Below, in pieces: positions 28,581 to 36,808 of a DNA stretch of 64,000 nt; position 1 is the stretch's first letter, and every line of letters starts with the position of its first letter. This stretch comes from Solirubrobacterales bacterium. GTDB lineage: Bacteria > Actinomycetota > Thermoleophilia > Solirubrobacterales > Solirubrobacteraceae. A program made the translations under genes and the position numbers. Location: contig JBBSLI010000009.1 in assembly GCA_038255395.1 (NCBI GenBank), positions 26,556 through 90,555 of the forward strand, read 5' to 3'. The notes beneath the pieces were generated by a model, which was not told where the DNA came from, ran no database searches, and saw only the letters and a list, made by a program, of their open reading frames with translations.

Positions 28581-28587
28581 GCGCGGC

Positions 28588-29796
28588 GTGTCCGGCCACC
28601 GGCGCCGCGCGGTACTCGGCATCCTCGCGCTCGTGTTCGCGCTCGCCGTCGATCCGACCGCGGCGGGGGCGCAGGCCTCGCCGCCCGCCGTCGAGGCGCC
28701 GAACGATCCGCTGTTTCGTCACCAGTGGTACCTGCCGGCGATCCAGATTCCCACCGCCTGGGCGGTCTCGCGCGGTGGGGGCGCGACAGTCGCCGTTCTC
28801 GACACGGGCATCGCCTACGCGACGCGCGGCCCGTACCGGCGCGCGCCCGACCTCGCCGGCACGCGGTTCGTCGCCGGATGGGACTTCGTCGACGGCGATC
28901 GATATCCGAACGACGTCGCGCCGCGCAACGGTCGCCGCAGCCACGGAACGCAGATCGCGGGGATCATCGCCCAGACGACGAACAACGCGCTCGGCGGCGC
29001 GGGGGTCGCGCCCGCGGCGGCGATCATGCCGATCCGGGTGCTGCGCCCGGACCTGAGCGGTTCGGCGACCGCCGTGGCGCGCGGCCTGCGCTTCGCGGCC
29101 GACAACGGCGCCGACATCGCGAACCTCAGCATCGCCGGCCCGTCGCGGACGCGGATCGTGCGCGACGCTGTCGCCTATGCGGTGGCCAAGGGCGTGACCG
29201 TGATCGCCGCGGCCGGCAACGACGGCCGGGCCACGGTCAGCTGGCCAGCAGCGGAGCCGCAGGTCATCGCCGTCGGCGCCGTCGCCCGCGATCTGACGCG
29301 CGCGCCGTACTCGAACTTCGGCGCGCAGCTCGACCTCGTCGCCCCGTCCGGTGCCGGCGTCCGCGGCGACAGCGGCTTCGGACCGGCGGACGGCGTCGTT
29401 GCGCAGACGCTGAAGGGCGGCCCGTCGCAGTTCTGCTTCTGCTTCACGGCGTCGACGTCGGCGGCTGCGGCCCTCGTCTCCGGTGTCGCCGCGCTGATCG
29501 TGGGCGCGGGAGAGGCCGACGGACCGGCGGCGGTCCGCGCGGCGCTGCTGCGCAGCGCGCGCGACCTCGGCCCGGACGGGCGTGACGACGAGTACGGGGC
29601 CGGGCTCGTGCAGGCGGCAGGCGCCGTCGGCGCCGAGGCGCCGGCGCCGCCGAGCGGCGCCGAGGCCCCTTCCAGCGCATCGGATAAGGGGTCGCAGCCG
29701 CGCCCGATGCTGCTCGCCGGAGCGGCCCTCGCGAGCGTGCTCGTCATCGCTCTCATAGGCACGATGCGCGCGCGCCACCTTCGCCGCGCAGGCTGA
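28588..29796 (+). CDS. S8 (subtilisin-like) serine peptidase with a signal peptide and a C-terminal TM anchor
   Basis: VAVLDTGI (Asp), SHGTQIAG (His), AAAGNDG (oxyanion Asn), [16 protein letters not shown] (Ser). The C-terminus is [28 protein letters not shown]. The ORF-track start at 28579 overlaps the -10 box, so the in-frame GTG at 28588 is preferred. Confidence 0.8.
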   Translation: MSGHRRRAVLGILALVFALAVDPTAAGAQASPPAVEAPNDPLFRHQWYLPAIQIPTAWAVSRGGGATVAVLDTGIAYATRGPYRRAPDLAGTRFVAGWDFVDGDRYPNDVAPRNGRRSHGTQIAGIIAQTTNNALGGAGVAPAAAIMPIRVLRPDLSGSATAVARGLRFAADNGADIANLSIAGPSRTRIVRDAVAYAVAKGVTVIAAAGNDGRATVSWPAAEPQVIAVGAVARDLTRAPYSNFGAQLDLVAPSGAGVRGDSGFGPADGVVAQTLKGGPSQFCFCFTASTSAAAALVSGVAALIVGAGEADGPAAVRAALLRSARDLGPDGRDDEYGAGLVQAAGAVGAEAPAPPSGAEAPSSASDKGSQPRPMLLAGAALASVLVIALIGTMRARHLRRAG

Positions 29797-30039
29797 CGGC
29801 TGCCGCGGGCAACGCTCCAGATTACGGCCGCCGGGCGCCAGGGTCCTCCGGTGGGTCCGTGCCCGTCCGGGCCGTCGCCGGCGCTGGCTGCCGGCAACGC
29901 GGTCCGGGAGTCGATCTCTCCGGGGCCTTCCCCGTTGTGTGGACGCGGCGATCGGCCGGCTTCGGCGGCTGATCGATCGTTGGGTTGTGATTGCCGTTGT
30001 GCCGGCTCGCGGCAATGCGCGAGACTCTTCGAGAGGCTC

Positions 30040-31015
30040 CTACCTCGACTACTCGCGCAAGGCGGGCGAGTGGGTGCCCAACGAGTTCGGCGGCCGCGAG
30101 GACCTCGAGGCGGTGGCGTTTCTCAAGGAGCTCAACGAGGTCCTGCACCGCGACGAGCCCGGCGTCATCAGCGCGGCGGAGGAGTCGACGGCGTGGCCGG
30201 GTGTGTCGCGCCCCACGTACCTCGGCGGCCTGGGCTTCGGCTTCAAGTGGAACATGGGCTGGATGCACGACACGCTGGGCTACTTCCAGCAGGATCCGAT
30301 CCATCGCCGCTACCACCACCACGAGCTGACGTTCTCGCTCGTCTACGCCTTCAGTGAGAACTTCATCCTGCCGCTGTCGCACGACGAGGTCGTGCACGGC
30401 AAGGGTTCGCTGATCGACAAGATGCCCGGCGACCGCTGGCAGAAGCTCGCCAACCTGCGCTGCCTGTACGCCTACATGTGGGCCCATCCCGGCAAGAAGC
30501 TGCTGTTCATGGGGCAGGAGTTCGCGCAGGGGCCGGAGTGGAGCCACGACCGCTCGCTGGACTGGCATCTGCTCGAGCACGGCGAGCACGCCGGCATCCA
30601 GGCGCTCGTGCGCGATCTCAACGGCGTCTCCAGGGACACGCCCGCATTGTTCGAGGTCGATTTCGAGGGCCGCGGCTTCTACTGGATCGAGCCCAACGAC
30701 GCCGACGCGAACGTCGTCGCGTTCGCGCGCGCCGGCGAGGACCCGGGCGCGGACGTGCTCGTCTGCGTCGCGAACCTGTCGCCGGTGCCGCGTCCGGGAT
30801 ACCGGCTCGGCCTGCCGCGCGCGGGCCGCTGGGTCGAGGCGCTGAACACCGACTCGGCGTTCTACGGCGGCACCGACACCGGCAACCTCGGCGGCGTCGA
30901 CGCCGACCCGCTGCCGTGGCACGGCCAGCCGTTCTCGGCGAGCGTCACGCTGCCGCCGCTCGGCGTCGTCTGGCTCGTGCCCGACGAGTCCAAGCGGTCG
31001 ACGAAGAACAAGTAA
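30040..31015 (+). pseudogene. glgB: 5'-truncated copy of glgB (C-terminal ~325 codons only)
   Basis: Collinear with glgB 19152-20100 at high nucleotide identity. It begins right after the RVDAV nucleophile motif, so it lacks the N-terminal domains and the catalytic Asp. The upstream 35 codons of ORF 29939-31015 are unrelated sequence. Confidence 0.85.
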
Positions 31016-31051
31016 CACCCGCGGCGGCCCGGGTCGGGCCGGGCACGCCGG

Positions 31052-32428
31052 TCAGGTGCGTCGCAGCCGGATCGTGCGCACGAACGTCGCCGGGCGCGCG
31101 TAGCGGTTGCCGCCGAAGCGGATCCGCAGGCGCAGCTTCGTCGCCGTGCCGAGCTTCGTCCGGCTGATCCGGAACGTGTGCGACCAGCGACAGCGAGAAT
31201 CGAGGCGGACCGTGCGGCGGCCGAGCGTCTTCTCCGAGGCGCGCTGCAGGGTCAGCGCGACCCTGCCGCTGCAGGCCTTGCGCGCGGAGACGCCCGCCGG
31301 CGCCCTAATGCCGATCGTGCCCCCGACCTTGATCGGCGCGGTCGCCGACGGCGCGGTCGGGGTGACCGATGCGCTTCGCGCGGTCGCGGTCCCGGACATG
31401 TTCGTCGCGGTGACCTCGCAGACCAGCTTCTTGCGGAGGTCCGCCGCGGCGACCTTGTAGGGTCTGGCCGACGGCGACCTGCGTGCCGTCACGCAGCCAG
31501 CGGTAGGCGAACGCGATCGGCGCCACGCCTGTCCAGACGCCCGCGCCGCATGTGAGTTGCCGGCCGCGGGCGGCCTGACCGCCGATCACCGGTGCCAAGC
31601 TGCTGCGCGGCGCACACGTCGGGCACGGCGGCGGCGCGTTGGAGTTGACGGTCGTTGCGGCGCTGCAGCCGCTGACCGCCGGCGCGTTGTTCGCATCGCC
31701 GCTGTAGGACGCCGTCCAGCGGTAGACGCCGGGTGTGGGCGGCGCGTAGGGCGCCGAGGTGACGGCGCCGCCCGCAGCGGGGTACGGCACGCCGGGCGAC
31801 TCGAAGACCGGGGCGCCCGTGTAGCCCGTGTCCGCCGGGCCATACAGGCGGAAGTCGATCGTCGCGCCGGCGACGGGGCTGATGCGATCGGCGACGTCGG
31901 CGAGGTTCGTCAGCGTCACGGCGCCGGCGGGATCGGCCGCCGCCGGGCTGACGTTCACGACCGTCGCCGCCCGGTTGACGACGGTGTCATGTGCGGGTCG
32001 TCGCAGGCCGTGGTGGCGGGGGCGTTGTTGACGTCGCCGCTGTAGGTCGCGATCCAGCGATACGTCCCGGCCCGCGTCGGCGTGAAGGACGGTGAGAGCA
32101 ACGACGGGTTTGTCATCGAGGGGTACTGGACGTGGGCGGGCCCTGACGCCGGAGTTCCGGTGCATGTGGCGTCGTCGGGGCCGTACAGCGTGAAGCGGAT
32201 CGTCGCGCCGGCCTGGGCGTCGACGCGCCCGAGCACGGATGCGGCGTCGCACAGCACGCCGGCGCCGAGCGGGATGGTCCTGCGAGGCGGTCGCGCTGAC
32301 AGTGGCTGCGGCCGCGGCCGCGGCGAACGCGGCGGCGCCTGCCGCCTGGGCCGCGACGCGATCAGCACCGGACGCAGCGCTCTGCGGAAGAGCGCGTGTG
32401 CTCGCAGTCTGTTGATCGCCGTCGGCAT
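31052..32428 (-). pseudogene. Ig-like repeat surface protein gene disrupted by frameshifts
   Basis: The reading frame has to be stitched from three ORFs (31052-31492, the 31455-32010 part of ORF 31305-33425, and 31955-32428). Repeats ATI.F.LYGP.D...TG.P...YRW.A.YSGD.NNAP span the breaks. There is an extra C near 31455 (GGC CAG ACC C TAC AAG) and a 1-nt loss near 32000. ATG at 32428 has GGGAGGG upstream. Confidence 0.65.
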
Positions 32429-32908
32429 CCGTGTGAAGCAACCCTCCCGTCACCGCGACGGGCCTGCGCGAGGCTACCGAGCCGGGCCGGTCATGCAAAG
32501 AAAGTTGTGGCGGCGCGTCATATAGTCGGGTTGGTGGACGGCCGAAGCGAGCGTCCGGCGCGCGACGCCCCCGCCTGGGCGCGCCACCGGCCGCCTCGGC
32601 GACGCCCGTGCCTACGCACCGTGCCGCGGCAGGCTGCCGCCGGCGACACGCAGCGCAACTTGCGAAGAACCGTCCCGTCAAGCCGGATGCGTAGCACCTG
32701 GCGCGCGCTCGCCGCCCGGCCCGGCGGGACGGGCAGGGGGGCGAGGCCGCGCCCGCGCGACGACCGTCGGTGCCGCCGGCGACAAACCGCCGCGAGGACC
32801 CGCTTTGCCCGCCTCGTCGATTGCGATGTCGCCGCTTCCTGGCCGGTAAAGGCCAGAAAACGCGGGCTATGTGATGAACACAGCTAGTCAGGCTATCTGT
32901 AAACGACC

Positions 32909-32914
32909 TATAGT
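32909..32914 (+). promoter_or_regulatory. -10 box TATAGT upstream of the surface-protein operon
   Basis: GACCTATAGT within the AT-richest stretch of the spacer, with TAGTCA 18 nt upstream as a weak -35. It lies about 70 nt before AAGGAG-ATG at 32989. Confidence 0.4.
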
Positions 32915-32988
32915 CGCGCCAACGAACGGACCCCTCGGGGGAACCTGGCGAACGCGGAGTGGCCCGCGCGCCTACTAAAGGAGTTGTC

Positions 32989-33537
32989 ATGAGGCGGAGA
33001 GTCGGATTGTTTGTGTTCTGCGGACTGGTGGTACCCCTGCTTGTCGTTTCCAACGCGTCCGCGCAGGGCGCGACGCTGGAGCTCATTCCCAATTCTGGAC
33101 CGGCGGGCACCGAGGTCACGGCCAACGGGTTCAGCTTCTCGGGGAGCGCTGCAAACGGATCTGTCGAGGGTCCGAAGATCCGGTTCTCCACGCGTGACGC
33201 GCCGGTTCTGAAGGGGCCGGTGATCGTCAGTAGCCAGAACACGTTCAGCACCACGTTCATCGTCCCGCAGGTCCCGGCCGGCGAATACCTCGTCCTCGCC
33301 ACCCAGTTCAGCGTCCGGGGCAGGAGCACCTCCGGACCCGGTCGGGCCAAGTTCCGCGTCACCGCAGGCAGTAGCGCCGCGGCAGGCGCTGCAACCGCTG
33401 CGTCCGCTTCGTCCGGCAGCGGCACGAGTCAGGCCGTCGTGGCGGTCGGGGCGCTGATGGTCGGGCTCGTCCTCCTGGCGGGCGGCACGCTGGCCGTCGG
33501 CAGGCGGCGCATCCCCCATCATCCGCTCAGCAGCTAG
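32989..33537 (+). CDS. small secreted IPT/TIG-like protein with a C-terminal TM anchor
   Basis: ATG at 32989 preceded by AAAGGAG. It has a signal peptide, LELIPNSGPAGTEVTANGFSF (TIG-like), a Ser/Ala-rich linker, and AVVAVGALMVGLVLLAGGTLAVGRRR. Confidence 0.65.
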   Translation: MRRRVGLFVFCGLVVPLLVVSNASAQGATLELIPNSGPAGTEVTANGFSFSGSAANGSVEGPKIRFSTRDAPVLKGPVIVSSQNTFSTTFIVPQVPAGEYLVLATQFSVRGRSTSGPGRAKFRVTAGSSAAAGAATAASASSGSGTSQAVVAVGALMVGLVLLAGGTLAVGRRRIPHHPLSS

Positions 33538-33546
33538 CCGGCGACG

Positions 33547-36500
33547 ATGAACCTCTCCAAGGTGACCCACATGACCCTTCGCAAGGCAAGCCTCGCCGCC
33601 ATCACGGCGGCAGCCGTCCTGTTCGGCCTCGTCCCCGCAACGCAGGCGGAACTCCGGGTCGGCCCGAACTACAACCTCGCCTCCGATCCGAGCAACTTCC
33701 GCGGCCGTGACCAGATCGGTCTCGCCGTCAGCCGCACCGACCCGCAGCGCGTCGCTTCGGTCAACGCGAACTACCTCGACATCGTCTGTGAGGCGAGTGC
33801 GAGCACGGACGGCGGCTCCACGTGGACCCGCGCCGTGCCCCTCCTGCCTCCGGACCCGGCTCCCGGCGAGGCGGCGTTCAGCAAGCGCTGCAACTTCCAC
33901 CAGTCCGTGCAGTTCGGCTCGGGGCTGAACGTCTACGCGATCGTGACCGCCTCGCGGGTCACGCCCGCGTTCCCGAACGCCAATGTGATCGTCTACAAGT
34001 CCGCCGACGGCGGAGCGACCTGGGGCCGCGGCGTCGTCGCGATGCCGGGCGGACCCGGAAGGTCTGACACCCAAACCCAGCCTGCGACGGGCCCGGACTA
34101 CACCCGCCCCGCCCTCACGGTGGATCCAGGCCAGAACGGCGCTCCGGACAAGGTGTACGCGATCGCCCGTGACTTCTCCGGAGTCGGCAACAGCGGCACC
34201 GCGCCCAATTGCGTGTCGTCGTGCGGCCTCGTCCGGGTCGCCCAGTCGTCCGACGGTGGGGCGAACTTCGCTGCCCCGACCAACGTCACTCCGCCCGGCC
34301 TCAATGCCCAGGACCCGCCGGTGGGGGTCGTCAACGACGACGGTTCGGTCACCGTGGTGTGGCGCCAGAGCGGCCAGGGCACGCCCACAGCGACCAACCC
34401 GTCCAACGTCGGCAAGCTGCAGGCATCGCGGTCGGCCACCCCCGGCACGGCCGGGTCCTGGAGTGCGCCGGTCGACATCGCCGGCGTCAAGAACACCGGC
34501 GGCAGCACGCATCTGATTCCACGCGATGGCTTCACCGGGGCCTCGACGACAGCGACCTATCCGCGCCTCGCCACCGACCCGACGCGGCCTCAATGGATCT
34601 ACATGGTCTACGGCCAGACGCCGCCGGGCCCGACGCCACCGGCGGGTGGCTTTCTGGGCAGCGACCACTTCATCGGCTACAACATCGAGGTCTGGTTTCA
34701 GCGGTCCAAGGACCGGGGCCTGACGTGGTCAGAGCCGCAGCGGGTCAGCGACACGACGTCGTTCCCGGGCAGCATCATCCACCAGACCCGCCAGCCGAAC
34801 ATCTCCGTCTCGCCGGGCGGCCGCGTCAACGTCGTCTGGCAGGACCGTCGACACTGGTACCAGAGCGGCCTGCCGAACGCCGACAACGCCATCAACGATG
34901 TGTCGATGGAACGCCAGTGCACGTACTCGCACAGCTTCTGCTACGACATCCGCCTCGGCGACACGTACTACGCCAACTCGACGAACGGCGGGGACACGTT
35001 CTCCTCCGACATCCGCATCAGCGACCGGTCGCACAACAACGAGGTCGGCTACGACACGCGGCCGGCGTCGGGGTACTGGTCCTGGGGGCCGCAGGTCGTC
35101 ACGGTCGGCGGCGGCCAGACCCTGATCGGTTGGATGGATTCGCGCGAGGGCAACTGGGATACCGACACCGAGGACTACTACCTCGCCAAGGTGGACCACG
35201 AGGCCACGGGCGCAGATCCGAAGACGCACATCGACGAGCCGAACGCGATCGCGCGTGCGGTGGCGCTCTCCAAGCGCGCATACCGGGGTGGCAACGAGGG
35301 TGCGCTCACCGGAGGTCCGCTCGATCCGGCCAACCAGAATCCACCCATCACCGTCCCTGCCGGTGTCGCCTCGAGGAACGCCTCGTCGGTCGTCATCGCG
35401 AACGAGAACGATGTCGCCGGTGCGATGGCGGGGACGGTGCTCGCCCGCGCGAACCCGGCGCCACTGCTGCTGTCGCCGGCAGCGGGCCTGCCCGCCGCCG
35501 TCGCGGCCGAGATCGGCCGGATCCGGCCTGCCGCGGTATTCGTCATCGGCGGTACGGACAAGCTGTCCGATCAGGTGATGACCGACGCCGGGGTCGCGGC
35601 CGGGATCGTGGGGATGACCCAGGTGATCCGGATCGACGGCGGCAGCGATGCGGCCACTGCCGCGCTCATGGCGGCGCGGTACGACTACAGGGGGCAGATC
35701 GAGAAGGACGCCGACGTTCCGGCGTTCGACGCGGCCGTGATCGCCAACCCGGCGACCCCGGATGCCGCTGCCGCTGTCGGGCTCGCCGCGGCGCGCCGGC
35801 TGCCGATGCTGTACGTCAACGCGACCGGTGCGGTTCCCGCGGAGACGGCGGCCGCGATCGATGCGCACGACATCAAGAAGCTGATCATCGTCGGCGGCAC
35901 CGACGAGGTGTCCGCCGCCGTGGAGGCGGAACTCGACGCGCTGCCGAAGGTCACGGAGGCGATCACCCGGCGAGGCGGCGCCACCGTGTACGACACCTCG
36001 AGGGCCGTCGTGCTCGAGTCAGGGTTGCGCGGCATGCCGAGCAACATCGTCTACGTCGCCGACGGAGGCAGCCCGATGGATGTGACGCTGCTCGGCGGCT
36101 GGGTGGCACGGGCGACCGGCATGCTCGTGCTCGCCCCGGCTCCGCTGTACCAGAACGGTGTCACCCAGGCGCAGGAGTTCGGCCTGAGCGGAGTCGACCA
36201 GTACTTCCTGGTCGGGCCCGCGACAGCGCCACCGCCGCCGCCACCACCACCGGCGCCACCGGCGGCGCCACCGGCGGCGCCACCGGCGCCACCGGCGCCA
36301 CCGGCGGCGCCACCGGCGCCACCGGCGGCTCCGCCCGCGATCGTGAACACGGCCAAGCCGGTGCTGAGCAAGGCCTCGTTGACCAGCAGGTCATTCGTGG
36401 CACGGCGCGGGACGTCGATCAGGTTCACCCTGTCCAAGGACGCCAGGGTGCGGATCGTCGTGGCACGGCGCAGTACGGGCCGCCGCGTCGGCGCGAAATG

Positions 36501-36726
36501 CGTCGCGGTGACAGCGGCCACCCGTACGCGCAAGTCGTGCGTGCGCTTCGTGACGCGGGGCACGCTGTCGAGCAGCCGCAAGGCGGGCGCGAACACGGTG
36601 AAGTTCAACGGCAAGGTCCGGGGAAGGTTCCTGTCGCGCGCCAGCTACCGATTCACCCTGCAGGCCACGGACTCCGGCAACCGGAAGTCCAACACGGTCA
36701 ACCTGACGTTCAGGGTGTTGCGCTGA
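33547..36726 (+). CDS. secreted BNR/Asp-box (sialidase-like propeller) protein with three CWB2 cell-wall-binding repeats, a Pro/Ala linker and a conserved Arg-rich C-terminal module
   Basis: 1059 aa. Asp-boxes are STDGGSTW, SADGGATW, SSDGGANF, SKDRGLTW and STNGGDTF. Three ~100-aa repeats have the CWB2 pattern (VVIANE.D...A...LA...APLLL...LP..V..EI......VFVIGG). These are followed by (PPA/PPAA)n and the C-terminal TSIRFTLSKDARVRIVVARRSTGRRVGAKC...YRFTLQATDSGNRKS. Confidence 0.75.
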   Translation: MNLSKVTHMTLRKASLAAITAAAVLFGLVPATQAELRVGPNYNLASDPSNFRGRDQIGLAVSRTDPQRVASVNANYLDIVCEASASTDGGSTWTRAVPLLPPDPAPGEAAFSKRCNFHQSVQFGSGLNVYAIVTASRVTPAFPNANVIVYKSADGGATWGRGVVAMPGGPGRSDTQTQPATGPDYTRPALTVDPGQNGAPDKVYAIARDFSGVGNSGTAPNCVSSCGLVRVAQSSDGGANFAAPTNVTPPGLNAQDPPVGVVNDDGSVTVVWRQSGQGTPTATNPSNVGKLQASRSATPGTAGSWSAPVDIAGVKNTGGSTHLIPRDGFTGASTTATYPRLATDPTRPQWIYMVYGQTPPGPTPPAGGFLGSDHFIGYNIEVWFQRSKDRGLTWSEPQRVSDTTSFPGSIIHQTRQPNISVSPGGRVNVVWQDRRHWYQSGLPNADNAINDVSMERQCTYSHSFCYDIRLGDTYYANSTNGGDTFSSDIRISDRSHNNEVGYDTRPASGYWSWGPQVVTVGGGQTLIGWMDSREGNWDTDTEDYYLAKVDHEATGADPKTHIDEPNAIARAVALSKRAYRGGNEGALTGGPLDPANQNPPITVPAGVASRNASSVVIANENDVAGAMAGTVLARANPAPLLLSPAAGLPAAVAAEIGRIRPAAVFVIGGTDKLSDQVMTDAGVAAGIVGMTQVIRIDGGSDAATAALMAARYDYRGQIEKDADVPAFDAAVIANPATPDAAAAVGLAAARRLPMLYVNATGAVPAETAAAIDAHDIKKLIIVGGTDEVSAAVEAELDALPKVTEAITRRGGATVYDTSRAVVLESGLRGMPSNIVYVADGGSPMDVTLLGGWVARATGMLVLAPAPLYQNGVTQAQEFGLSGVDQYFLVGPATAPPPPPPPPAPPAAPPAAPPAPPAPPAAPPAPPAAPPAIVNTAKPVLSKASLTSRSFVARRGTSIRFTLSKDARVRIVVARRSTGRRVGAKCVAVTAATRTRKSCVRFVTRGTLSSSRKAGANTVKFNGKVRGRFLSRASYRFTLQATDSGNRKSNTVNLTFRVLR

Positions 36727-36808
36727 CCGGCCAGACGGTACCCGCGCGGCAGACGCCGCCGCGCGGGTACCGTCGTGTCACTGAACGTGCTGCAGTAGGG
36801 TCGAAACG

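Noticed and set aside
29939-31015. The 358-aa ORF as an intact small glucan-branching-like gene
   Set aside because: It starts in unrelated sequence and joins the glgB homology just after the catalytic nucleophile motif. It lacks the CBM48 and N-terminal barrel half, so it is treated as a pseudogene.
36229-36335. A possible CRISPR-like array because of regularly spaced short repeats (also 11090-11170 and 38190-38260)
   Set aside because: The repeats are contiguous 9-12-nt units with no spacers. They are in frame and encode Pro/Ala linkers of surface proteins. No cas genes are present.
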